From assembly GCA_002269645.1 (NCBI GenBank), contig NIVC01000259.1:1-41743 (forward strand): 41,743 nucleotides of DNA. The letters are read 5' to 3'. The notes below the pieces were generated by a model. The model saw nothing but the letters and a program-made list of their open reading frames with translations, had not been told where the DNA came from and ran no database searches. Origin of the DNA: Macrostomum lignano. Lineage: Eukaryota. The first letter of the stretch is position 1, and each line of letters opens with the position of its first letter. The position numbers were made by a program, and so were the translations under genes. This document shows, in pieces, positions 12,021 through 23,640 of the stretch.

Positions 12021-12770
12021 TCAGCGGAACAGTACTTTTAACTCATTATCTTGAGCAGTTAAACATTAAGACAGTTCTGTAACATCTGCTCAGCTCAATT
12101 ATTTATGGGAAACATAAATAAATAAATAACACAGAGCCATACTTTACAGCAAGCATGCGCGATAAAGCACTAATTTTGAATTATATATTGTTTCAGATGA
12201 ATTATAGCCTACTTAAATATACGAAATAATACTAGTACAAATGCAACAGAAATTAAAGAGAAATAATCGCGCAACATATACAGTAATTATCGATGGAATA
12301 CAAAATATTATTATTAGTTTTCATAGTTCATAAATGCGGACTATGCCTGCTCCATTCCCGTACCGCAAGTTGTAAACTATCCAGATTAACAAAATAGTAC
12401 TCGTAATTATATCAGGTGCTAGTTTGTGTTACTATTTGTATAATATAATAAAATTGATAAACAATGTGCACATACAAACAAATTGAAGCAGACAGACACA
12501 GAAGCGACAAACTATCGCGAGCAAACTAACGAGCCTAAATAATAATAAAATAAACAATGCAAAATCAATTATACTAATGGGAAGGGGTGGTGAAAAATAA
12601 ACCAACACGAGTTAATAGGGGGGTTCTTAGCAGACTAAGTCGGGTTTTTTTAAAGCGCATTGGTTAGATGACGAGGCATTTCTGTAATTTAGAAGTTACT
12701 CCTGCTGCTTACCTCACAACATCTGTTTGAAAATTAGCTTAAATAAAAGGGATTGGAGCACAAGCTAGGT

Positions 12771-12890
12771 ATGGGGTTGGAAAACTTCTTTACCTAAAGG
12801 GCCAGATAGAAAATTTAGCGCATGACTGGGAATAAAGGACCCGAAAGGGCCGAATAGAGAGGCTTCGCGGGGCCGGAGTTTTGCCAGGTC
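12771..12890 (+). mobile_element. Degenerate short copy of the hAT MITE at 6625-7029
   Basis: Aligns by eye with both ends of that element (GGGGTTGGAAAACTT...AGCGCATGACT...AAGGACCCGA..GGGCCG.ATAGAGA.GCTTCGCG..GGCCGG.GTTTTGCC) and lacks the GA tract. Confidence 0.7.
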
Positions 12891-12970
12891 AATGCTAATT
12901 GGCAAACAGTTCAAAGAGCTTAGTCAGTCTGGCTCCAAGTCCCAAGCATTAGCTGTATATATATCATGCA

Positions 12971-15900
12971 TCAGTCGTCGCCCAGCCTAGGCCGCTTGCT
13001 GTCCGGCGGCTGCGACTGCTCACAGCAGTAGCGGCTAATCGATTCCGGCACCTGCAGCAGCTGCGGCCTAGTAGTTAAATTCTCTAGAAAATTCACGTAC
13101 TCATTGCGACCCTCAGCCTGGCTGTTCACATACAGCCGCATCCGAAGCGAGGGTAGCTGGCCGCCTGGCAAATTCGCGTCATCGTCGTCAAAAGAAGAAT
13201 CGTCTGGCCCAGCAGCGGCCGTGTCAGACTTTGGCACGGTGGAGGCGGCGTTAGCAACAGCGGTGGTGGTGGCTGCCTCGCTCGACTCTCCGTTATCCTC
13301 TTTAGCATCATCGTTGTCGCGTTGAAGCTCCTCGGATAGTAGCTGTTCGAATAAGCTGCTGCTGGCGCCGCTGCTGCTGCTGGCGCAGGCGCCACCGCCG
13401 CTACTCTGGCGCGAGGGCAGCACGGATGGCGCCGACTGTCTGCTAGTGGCTACGGCGGCCATTGTGCGCTGCACCTGTCATAAATCCATTATTGATGACT
13501 TGCTATTTTTAATATTTCCAATCTATTTTGGCTAGGATTCCTTGCTCTCACCTCTGGCCGGCCCGGGTTCGACTCCCGGTCAGGGAACCAGTGCGAGGTG
13601 AGCTTCTACATGTCATTACGCTACAAGCGATTCGCTTACACATTCTTTGCTTGCTACTCTTCAGTAGGCAATCTCAAATAATTAGTTTTGATCTCTATAG
13701 TCTAGTTTAAGGATCTGGCAACTTACTAGTTGCCTAATTTGAGTATCATACGGGTACTGTCTAACAATAGGTGTCGTTTATCAACAGCCAACGCACCTGC
13801 TTGCGCTGCAATTCCTCCTGAGCAGAACTGAGCATCTGAACGCTGTAATCCTGCAGCACCTTGGGCATGGTGTTAGGATTTAGCGGGCAAATCTTTTTGT
13901 GCTCCTTTAATTGGTGCAATGGTCCGACATTGTTGCAGCCGAGGGCGCGCCAAGGACAAGCCACAATATAGTCGTCTATAATATTTTGCACAAGAAAGTC
14001 GTGGTGCAGTTGGCCCACTGTTACTGGCTTGCGATCGCTCGGACAGATGGCATTCTTCTGTAGCCAATCGAATATGCAGCGCTTGCAGAAGCTGTGGCCA
14101 CATGGGGCGCGCCATGGCTCTTTGAATACCTCTTGACAGATGCAGCAGTACAAATGGGGACTGACAGCATCAGGATTTAAGAAGTACCTGTGAGAATTTT
14201 AAAGGTTTGACATACTAATATTCAATGTTGTAATAAAGATGGAACACGAGTTTTCAAAGCTAGGATCTTATCCTAATCCTACCTATCTTTAGCTCTATGT
14301 CTATCACTCAGGTGCTTCAGTGGACAGCCTGTCTCTGCCCCCCAGGTGTTTCAGCGGACAGTCCATCTGTCATCTGGTATTTAACACTATGATCAGTTTT
14401 GCCCAAAAAAATTTTTACAAATATATTTTGTACATAAATTTTGTACTTAATGACTTCCACGTCCAATGTGTCATTCCTTAGCTTTTTTCTCTATTACTTT
14501 TATATAAAAACAATTCTAATAATAAAGCAAAATATAGCTAAGACCTTCATAATATATATACTTTTTTGACTAAGGAGGCCTAAACCCAATAATAAATTTA
14601 ATATTTTATCAAATTTCAAATAAATTTAAATATAAAAGTTGGAACAGATTAGTGATGGACAAAATGTGGATTTTTGCAAGTTTCTGAAACCAAATCCAAA
14701 TGTACAAAAAATTCTGAATCCAAATCTAAATATCCAAATGTGCTTCTGAAAGTAAGCAAAAAGTAGAAGGTAAATGACAAGAATAACTATGACACTTTAA
14801 TTCTAATTACTAATGCTAATGTTGCATTTGTGCAATTTGAGTACTTTACTGTAAGTCTATACATTTGTATTTAGAAAAAAAACCAACAAATGATTATATT
14901 GAAGCAATGATTGCCAAAAATGTTTTTGAGACTTTAGGTTCAAAACCTCAAAGGTCCTAAAGTTTAGTAACTTTATTTGATATAACTTTATTAAAATATG
15001 TTACTGCAAAAAAACAATTATGACATAAAATGTTACATTTTTATTTTTTTAATACACTTTATTATTTCAAAATTTTTTATTTACATTGGATTTTTTTGGA
15101 TTTCTTGTTTTTTCATATTCATAAACATATTTGGAAATATTCAGAAAATAAAATTGTCAAATACAAAACATTCCTATTTCTAAAAAAACTAAGACATTTT
15201 TTGGATTAGATTCTAAATTTGAATACTTGGATCTATAATTAGAACAGAGTTAAGAATTGAAAAATAAATTACTAAATTGGCTAAACCTACACTAATGGAA
15301 TTTTCAAATGACTTTTTGGTATTCTTTCATTTTATGATAACATGGCACTGTCTCTATGGGAGTTGGGATTTTTTATACGATCTCCCATAGAAGACAAAAA
15401 AGTTAAGTTAAAGCCATGAAAACTGAGAACCAATTTTAGACACCCCCTCATTTTTGTCTTACGATCCCCCCACAGTGGCGCAACCAAGGGGGGGCCGGGG
15501 GGCGGTCGCCCCCCCTTAGGCGGGGGACCGAAAAAAAATCAAAGGGGGGACCAAGCGAATTTTTGCCAAAAACAGAGCCACCCCTCCGCCGCCCCCCCCT
15601 CCCGGGACTTTACCCTCAGAATCCGCCCCCCCCCTTGAAAAATTTCTGGTTGCGCTACTGTACCCCCAGTTAAATGGACATATGTTTTATATTTTAGGAT
15701 GATTTTAAGATGAAAGTGAATTCAATTTTGTCTTGCAATCACTTACATATAATTTTACTATTTAAATGATTGTATGGCATAAGTGAATATAAGCTACATG
15801 CTTATATAACTATGCTGCGCCTATATTTCAATGACTTGCAATGACAATTTATATGAAACTGGACCCGCTTAGGGATTAAAACAAAGGAATGCCTACTTTT

Positions 15901-16680
15901 TATATTAGAACTTATTCTTTTTACTGGATTTTATTAATTCAAAAGCCTTTTATTAAAAAGAAAAAATATTATATTGTTTATTATTATTCCAATGAAGAGT
16001 AGGCCTAGATCATACACCAGTATATGCTTACAAAAGTTTTTATAGAAGTATTTTTTAGTATATAGCCATAGGTCTAATTGTCTTGCAAAATTTTTCATTT
16101 GTAAAAAAATGTATGGCAAGTTACTAGACTAGATAATTGAAGTCAAATCCATATACTAAAAATGAGCTGTTTGTACCTATGTATGTTTGCTTTCCTATGT
16201 ACTAAGAATGAGTTGTTTCTAGCCTCTAGGCCCTAATTATAGGCCTAAACATTACAAAATTATATATTCAATATCTTGATTAGACTTAAGTGAACTGGAG
16301 TAATCCGGAGTTAAAGTGTTTTGCTCAAGGACACAAATTGTTCTAGTAGGATTGGGAAACAACAAACTCCCAACCTTCAAGTCAAGAGTCCAACACTCTA
16401 ACCATAAGGCTGCAACCCAGCATGTAATGGTAACAAAGGCCTAAGGCCCCTAGGTCCTGACTCCCCAGTCAATAAGTAAGTATGCTTCTAGGCATATAGG
16501 TGGTACTGGTAGATAGACCTACTTAACAGCTTCAGTATAAAACAGAACTGTAACATAGGCTCTAAAAGTTAAAGTTCTAAAACGAAATACTTACGTTTCT
16601 TCTTCTATTTCGGGTTCTGCTGGAACTTCAGGTGCTTTGCCTTTAGCATTCTTGGCACTCTGTCTTCGCCGACCTACCAT
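12971..16680 (-). CDS. TRAF/RNF151-like RING-HC E3 ligase (RING plus TRAF-type Zn finger, no MATH domain), about 326 aa
   Basis: complement(join(12971..13474,13797..14187,16595..16680)) = 981 nt, phases 2 and 0 consistent. MVGRRRQSAKNAKGK...YCCICQEVFKEPWRAPCGHSFCKRCIFDWLQKNAICPSD (C3HC3D RING), then CPWRALGC...HKKICP. The frame stays open to an acceptor near 16689, so an extra 5' exon is possible. Confidence 0.85.
13530..13590 (+). pseudogene. 5'-truncated tRNA-Glu(CTC)-derived fragment ending in CCA
   Basis: GGCTAGGATTC...CTCTCAC...GGCCCGGGTTCGACTCCCGGTCAGGGAA-CCA matches the 3' two-thirds of metazoan tRNA-Glu. Anticodon CTC at 13547-13549. The T-arm is intact, the anticodon stem is mismatched and the 5' acceptor strand is missing. 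Confidence 0.8.
14309..14378. repeat. Two-unit satellite seed, same family as the 19165-19690 array
   Basis: CAGGTGCTTCAGTGGACAGCCTGTCTCTGCCCCCCAGGTGTTTCAGCGGACAGTCCATC. Confidence 0.8.
15473..15660. mobile_element. GC-rich hAT-like MITE in intron 1 of the RING gene
   Basis: 14-bp TIRs CAGTGGCGCAACCA / TGGTTGCGCTACTG (1 mismatch). 8-bp flanks TCCCCCCA / TACCCCCA (7/8 match). Confidence 0.8.
16290..16412 (-). mobile_element. Degenerate tRNA/CORE-SINE copy
   Basis: TGAACTG...AAGTGTTTTGCTCAAGGACACAAATTGTT...CCAACCTTCAAGTC..GAGT....ACTCTAAC aligns with the SINE at 31092-31512. Confidence 0.7.
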
Positions 16681-17229
16681 CTCTGTTTCTGATAGCGATG
16701 AGCTCTGTCCCCCAATTTTGGTCGGGTCTAGGTCTATGCTAGTTTATGAATTTAGTGTACTAGGAAAAAATGCAAAGCAGCTGCTAGTTCTTAGAGCCTG
16801 TACAAGTTCCTTAGAATTAAAATGCTTTGTTTTATACTTATAAGCCTATGCCAAGCCTCTGTATGCCAAGTTTCATTCGTCTATTTTATAACAGCTCAAA
16901 TTATTCACGTTAAAACGCTTGAATTTAATTATCTTGAAAAAATTAAACAATTTTAATGACTTTGATTTAATTTTAAACTCTTTCAAATAAATTATTCCTT
17001 TAGAAGTATATACCAACCTCAAACTAAATTTCCTATTCGGAATTTTTTATGGAAGCTTCCATTTCTGAAATCGTTTTAAGCAAGGACGACCGAAGGACCG
17101 AAAACCTCGTTTCCTGGAAAATTTTTAAGGCAGGCTTTTCCGAAATTTAATAGGGCACATGTCTCCACTTTTGATGTTAGGCTTATTCTGCTGGCCCCTA
17201 AGCCTGCTGGCCCCATCACGTTTAATTGA

Positions 17230-17870
17230 AACGTTCCTACACTCATATACAATGACATATCATTTCCTACCAAGTGTATTTTATAACGAAGTGTTCCTTA
17301 GTGGTCCTTGTGGTTGCAGGCCTGCATGCATGCCAATCCCAGCTGCTCGCAGTTGATATCGGGGAAATGATGCTGCACTGTTGACGCAGGATCGTTCTCA
17401 GTGGACAATTATTCGACTGGAATTCTACCAGACACAGACATGACCTGATCCTTGGGAGCCGATCAGGTTTGGTATTGGTTCCGACTGACCCCCCATGCCA
17501 AAGCCACGTGTTGCATGATGTAAGTGTAAACCCATCCTGGGGGTTGCGGTGTTAGGACAGGAATAGGGTGCATGCGGTGATGCGCTGATTCCTGTTCGCA
17601 GGCAAATTTCATGCGGAATCCATCGACCAAGATGATTGGGCAACTTTGCCGAGTTGATGAAGGCCGCGGTTAATGGTCATGGCAGAGACATCGAAGTACT
17701 CTGCCATTCACGTGTCGCTGTGCTTCAATGAGCAGAGTCAGATGCTGAAGATTTAGCTCAGGAGCGCGACCAGACCGCTCCTTGTCTTCAAAGCCTTCTT
17801 GAACGGCACGCAAACCCAGGCACGGCAGGCTTGCTCGCTCAGACAGTCCTCGCCAGGAGGTGTCGGCATG
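17230..17870 (-). mobile_element. Decayed mariner (Tc1/mariner) transposase relic
   Basis: Frameshifted minus-strand fragments FEDKERSGRAPEL (compare DKPRSGRP), AEYFDVSAMTINRGLHQLGKV (HTH-like), GRWIPHE (compare WVPHEL) and QVM..VW (compare KVMLCVWW) occur in canonical order. TIRs were not identified. Confidence 0.72.
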
Positions 17871-19164
17871 ACATTATGATAGTGGAAACATTAAAACAAA
17901 AATTCCTATGTTATTTTGGAAATTGGAATTGTTAATACTGATTTTTGGCGCCTCAGGCACTCATTTTGTCGCGCCGAAGTAAAACTCTTAATTCCATAAC
18001 GGGTCACAAGGTGGGGCGGGCGCAGGTGGGGGAGGCAAAACATTGGCGCATGTCGCTCCACAGGTTTTACTGGGAGGGACATGTCCCTGGATCCCTGTTC
18101 CCCTCCGGTGGCGACGCGCCCTGGTCTTTATACATGTAGCTTGCGATACTCCTCAGTGTGTCTCCAAGAAAAGAAAAGTAATAACAGAAAAGCAGAAAAG
18201 TACGCTCGTAGAGAGGCACCAGTAAGAGACGTTTAAGCATGTTGGGCAGCTATGGTATCAGATACGTGAAGGTTGAGCAATTCCAATTGGATATATATCC
18301 AAGTTGACATCACTTTTATACAACCCACAAGGAGCATTCCAGAATTTCTCGAGGGAAGGCTTTAAAAGTTTTAAGAAAATAATTAAATATAGTATTAAAC
18401 ACATAGCCTTTATTTGCTGGTATGGTCAGGCATGCAGATGTTGGACCAATAACTACAAAGTGGCTACTTACTTTTTGGCTATAGCTACATGTGTACATGT
18501 ATGATCCTAATTTTCATATTACAACTACACCTGCGGAGAGAGTTCTTTTCCCTCGTTCTAAACGTGAGCCTCTGCACTTGCATGCCCCTACCTGGCTTGC
18601 ATTTTGTACATGTGTACACATGTAACTGTGTTGAAGTCAGCCTGTTTAGACAATGCCAATTTCTTTACAGAAAGAATTGGCACAATATCGATTTTCTATA
18701 CTCCAGATGCATACTGTCAAAGCTTAGCGTACGAGCGTACATGTAATTAATTTAAATGACTCAGAAGCGAATAATTGCCTTGCAAGAACCTGTAGAGATG
18801 ACCTATGACCCTAAAGTAGCTGAATAGCTGATTGAGCAAAAATGAACGGAAAAAAGACAAGTAGCGACTCTCATCAATGTTAAGAATAGAGTCGAGGCTC
18901 TTATCAAAAATAATACTGCATACTTGCGCGAATTTACTTGGACCCAAATAGCAGCAGACAGCTGCGGCGAGTCCACAGTTCACAAGATTGCTTACAGTGC
19001 GGATGCTTGCCTATAGCACAGATAATGATAGTAGCATTTTAATGATAACACCTTGAACTGTCAGGGTTGCAAGCGGCAAATTAATGTCTGCATGGGCCTG
19101 GAGCAAAAAAGCTATTTCTAATTTTTTATCGGAAGAAAGCCCTAAGCCATAATTCGTACGCCAA

Positions 19165-19690
19165 GTGCTTCAGTGGACAGCCTGTCTCTATCTCCACGTG
19201 CTTCAGTGGACAGTCCATCTCTATCCCCATGTGCTTCAGTGGGCAGCCAGTCTCTATTCCCAGGTGCTTCAGTGGGCAGCCAGTCTCTATCCTGAGGTGC
19301 TTCAGTACGTGGGCAGCCAGTCTCTATCCCCAGGTGCTTCAGTGGACAGCCAGTCTATCCCCACGTGCTTCAGTGGACAGTCCATGTCTATCCCCAGGTG
19401 CTTCAGTGGACAGCCAGTCTCTATCCTGAGGTGCTTCAGTGGGCAGCCAGTCTCTATCCCCAGGTGCTTCAGTGGACAGCCTGTCTCTATCCTGAGGTGC
19501 TTCAGTGGACAGCCTGTCTCTATCCCCAGGTGCTTCAGTGGACAGCCTGTCTCTATCCTGAGGTGCTTCAGTGGACAGCCTGTCTCTATCCCCAGGTGCT
19601 TCAGTGGACAGCCTGTCTCTATCCCCAGGTGCTTCAGTGGACAGCCTGTCTCTATCCCCAGGTGCTTCAGTGGACAGCCTGTCTATTCCT
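19165..19690. repeat. 33-bp minisatellite, about 16 units
   Basis: Unit GTGCTTCAGTGGACAGCCTGTCTCTATCCCCAG, more variable at its 5' end. Confidence 0.95.
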
Positions 19691-20805
19691 TCTACCTCTG
19701 TGGATGTCAGTGGTGACTGGACAACAATTCAAATAATTTCGATTTAGTATTATTATTAGAAATTGTGTGGAATAATTAAAAGTACCAAAAGAAATTAATA
19801 GTCTCAACAGCTACTGAGTCTCGGGCACCCAAATGCCCTTTTAATTCCGCGCTTCACTCCATTCCGCTGCAGCAGGGTGCCTATTAAATGTGTCTGTAGT
19901 CGGGCATGAGACCGCAGCTCAAACGCTTTACAATCTCTGTGCCGTTCGATCTATTTTTCTCTCACAGTCGACCCAGAGAGCAATATTGCTAAATCTCATG
20001 CTCAACCGTTTAGACCGGTCTCTTTCTCTACCGCGCAGCCTGTTTCGGTCCTTACGGCTACATAGCGACAGAGCTTGTCCGATTGTGCAGCGCACGTACG
20101 CCGTTGCATTGCGTGCTGCAGTCTATAATGGCATACCTATATAGACAGACAGGTATGTGAGATCTGTTGTTATGAAGCCTCTGCGGGCGGAGGCCAATGC
20201 AATGCACTGTGAGTTTCAGCTAGCAGAGAGAGAGAGAGAAGGAATGAGGACTAAAGGATTGAATCAGTGCATATGGAGTCGTTGCAAAAGCTGGTCTTAC
20301 CAGATAGCTGCGATTCAATTGGCTGGATCTCGCTCACAGAGCGGTGCGTGTTAGACTCTCAGCTTGTTCACCCAACCAGCTGCATTCCCTCTTCACTGTC
20401 TGTTTCTCTGTCAGGAAGCACCGAGCTGCGTCATTGGCTAGCAGGGGCTGGAGCGAGGCGACGAGTATAGGGGTGGTAAGAAGACGCGTCACGTAGACTC
20501 GGATAAAAGTCCAGCTTGTGGCAGTGTTGAAGGACAGAGGCTGGGCATAGAAGTGAGAAATTTCGACCTAGGTTTTTCAGCTTGGAACGCGATTACCTGT
20601 AACTTCGGTGATTCGAGCGCAGACCGCAAGTGAAACAACACGATCGTACGTTGCTCGCTGAGGGGCCTGTGCTCAGCTGTGTTCAGCTACTGCGGTCTGT
20701 TGAGTAATTATTGCCATATCGCACAGCAACATTAGCCGAAGTACACACTGCAAAATTCAGTAGCTGAGCCCTCTAAAAACGCCTATAGAAAAGAGCAGCC
20801 ATAAG

Positions 20806-21265
20806 GTGAGTTTCATTAGTCTGGAACCTGTTATCTCTCCGAAAACAGCTTTTGAAGTAGACGATTAAACAAGCGAAAAAAACTTCCAATAGCGTCACAG
20901 ACTTCAACCGAGCCTCATTTTATTCAATGGCTGTGTGGGAATAATAATATTCCAGTTTGAAAGACTTCTAATATACGAGACGCAATGAAAAATCAAATGT
21001 TTAAGAAAAATGCGCAAATTTATTAATAAAGTTAGACTGTACATCGAACTTTTGACAGGATATTTAAACCCAGGACCGCTAGAAGTGAATAGACTGGACT
21101 CTTTGTTTCTTAGAAATGTTCGAATGTCACATTTTCCGAGAAATGTGAGAATGTATCAGATATGTTATACGAGTTTTAGTATGCATTCTGGGACCGTGTT
21201 CCAGAACAGTTTGACTTCAAGTGCAGGCTAACCAAAAGTCAGGCTGGATTCTTTCCCTTGCTCAG
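20806..21265 (+). other. Probable 5'-UTR intron of the TTLL2-like gene
   Basis: Donor ATAAG|GTGAGT at 20805/20806 and acceptor TTCTTTCCCTTGCTCAG| at 21265. An in-frame TAA at 20802-20804 makes the upstream exon non-coding. Confidence 0.55.
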
Positions 21266-21300
21266 ATTCGGATGCAACCAGGCGCCGGCGTCCTAGCGCG

Positions 21301-22842
21301 ATGTTGCACCAGTCTGTTGCCGAGCCGACGGAGAGCGAGGCGCGCCGCATAATTGTCCGATTCCAGACGGAGGGCGCCGGCGTGCCGGACATTGTCCGCG
21401 AGGTCTGCGAGGATCGCAACTGGGTGGAGTTCGACCCGAGCGAGCACGGGCCCAACGACTGGAATCTCTGGTGGAAGATCGGCCGCTTCCGCGCCTCGGA
21501 CTTCGAGAAGCTGCAGAGCTGGCAGCGGCTGAATCATCACCAGATGGGGAGCACCTCGCTGATCACCACGAAGGATGGCCTCCATCGAGAGATGAAAATT
21601 CTGCAGGGCACCTTCGGCAAAGCGACCATAGACTTTGTGCCCAGCACGTACCTGATGCCCCGGGAAGAGCGACAATTTCAGCAGAAGTTCGCGGAGAATC
21701 GCGAGAAGAAAGCCGCCAACTATTGGATATTTAAGCCGGCTGACCTCAGCCGCGGCCGAGGCATCTTCGTGTTTAACGACATCGGCGAGCTGCGATACAG
21801 CGAAAAGTCAGTCGTACAGGAGTACATTGCCAACCCGTACCTCATCGGCGGGTACAAGTTCGACCTCCGACTCTACGCAGTCGTGGTCTCATTCAAGCCT
21901 TTGATAGTCTACATCTGCAGAGAGGGTCTGGTCCGCTTCGGTACAGAGAAGTACGACCTAAAGAACCTGTGTAACGTGTACAGCCACATCACCAACACCA
22001 GTATCAATGTCAGCGGACCGTCCTACGATTCCGCCAAGATGGGCATCGGCGAGGGCTGCAAATGGAGTCTCAGCAATCTAAGAAACTATCTGTACAGTCA
22101 AGGTGTTAATGACCGTCTGATATTTGCGCGCGTCACGGCTATCATTGTGCTCGCACTGATGGCCCAGGCGAAATCGGCCACCGTATCCACTGGCAACTGC
22201 TACGAGCTGTACGGCTTTGACATCTTGCTGGATGCGGCGCTGAAACCCTGGCTGTTGGAAGTAAACTTCAGTCCGGCTCTAAATATCGACTGTTCAGCGG
22301 ACGCTCAGGTGAAGCGCGAGATGCTTAACGGCGTGTTCGACCTGCTGTGCTTCACTGAATCCGACAAACTGCAGAGCCGTGGCGGCCGGCAGGCGGCCGG
22401 CAAGGAGAAGCGGCTCAGCCTGCAAAGCGTGGACAGCGGCATCGCCAGCGGCAACAGCTCGGCAAAGTCACTGCGCAGACAGCGGTCGGGCGGAAACCTG
22501 TCTCGGGGCGTCACCCGCACGGACAGCCTGCGGGCCAGCGAGTCCCGCTGCAGTCTTCTCGAGTCCATTGAGGAATTGACGCAGGCCCCATCGGAGTCAT
22601 CGCAGGCCTCGATTCCGGGTCTCAGCCGTAACGCGTCCTCCTACGGCGGCTTTGAGGAATTTCTACGGAGTCGGCAGAAATCAGCGCGCCAAAAGCAGCT
22701 GTCGGAGCAGCAGCTGCACCAACAAATGCAGCACCTGTCCCGGTCGATTCCGAACTTGCCATCGATTCTAACCCCAGCGTCGCCAGATGAGGGTGAAAGT
22801 TCCAGCAGCGTGGCGCCGGATTCCACTGTCGACGAGACGGAA

Positions 22843-22888
<46 letters not shown>

Positions 22889-23640
22889 TCGTTAGGCGAA
22901 AGAGTCTCGGCCAGCCGGTCCGCATCAACAGAGCCGCCCTGCTGCGTAGCCAGCAGAACCAGCAGCGTCTCAGTTCGCTCACTCCGTCGCTACCGCCGGG
23001 GGCGGCATCGAAGCCGCCTCTGGCTTCATTTAAGCGGCCGCCTCTGGCCAAGGAGTCCCGGCTGCGCCTCCTGGCTGAGCGGGATCCACACGCGCTGCGC
23101 GAGCCGGCCGACACGGAGTCGGAGACGGCCGAATCGGAGGCAGATTCGGATTCGGTCAAGGCGACCAGGAGGGTGGGGGCTCAGCGCGGCTTTGGTGGCA
23201 GCGGACCCCGCCGAGTCCCTCAGAGTGCAAGGCGCTTGCGCAGCAGCGGCCGGATCGGCAGCAGCGGCAACAAGCATCGGCAAAAGCAGCAAGAGCAGGA
23301 GCAGGACGTGCAGGAGGCTTTGGACACTGGCGAGCAGGAGCGACTTCGTCAAGAAGCTGAGTGGAAGGCGCGGAGCAGTCCCTACGGAGACCTGCCGATC
23401 ACGCGGCACTGGAAGCGACCGCCGAAGCAGTTCGGCGCCTTCCGCTTGGCTTTCCCGTTCAACCGAGCCACCGAGAGCGCCTGTCGGGACGTCAAGGCGT
23501 CCGAACGGTTCGTTGTGAAGGAAGTGCAGCGGCTGCTCAAGCACAGACAGCGCGAGTTGGACGAGGGCCGCATCATCGAGTCGGCGGCAGTGTGCGACGC
23601 TGAGGAGATCTGGCCGCCAGTGCGCGGGTCTTTCGTCTGA
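21301..23640 (+). CDS. TTLL2: Tubulin tyrosine ligase-like 2 (tubulin glutamylase family), 779 aa in one coding exon
   Basis: DWNLWW, WQRLNHH, YWIFKPADLSRGRGIFVF, VQEYIANPYLIGGYKFDLRLY, EGLVRFGTEKYDL, HITNTSIN, IGEGCKWSL and ELYGFDILLDAALKPWLLEVNFSPAL.IDC are TTL ATP-grasp motifs. The GCKW and LxxDC features are closest to TTLL2. Confidence 0.9.
22846..22887 (+). repeat. Pure (CAG)14 encoding polyQ in the TTLL2 tail
   Basis: 42 nt of uninterrupted CAG. Confidence 0.97.

Noticed and set aside
18000-18130. GC-rich patch resembling another MITE
   Set aside because: No matching TIR pair or TSD could be identified.
18747-18983. Minus-strand 78-codon ORF (FDKSLDSILNIDESRY...) as a 5' exon of the RING gene
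   Set aside because: Several incompatible weak splice options and no recognisable homology. The length is compatible with chance.
19165-19736. Repetitive ORFs over the 33-bp array (VLQWTACLYPQ repeats)
   Set aside because: Minisatellite artefact with no domain, no good start and no splice context.
21301-23640. TTLL2 as a retrogene because its CDS has no introns
   Set aside because: A probable 5'-UTR intron exists, no poly(A) remnant or TSD is visible, and I recall vertebrate TTLL2 also having one large coding exon.
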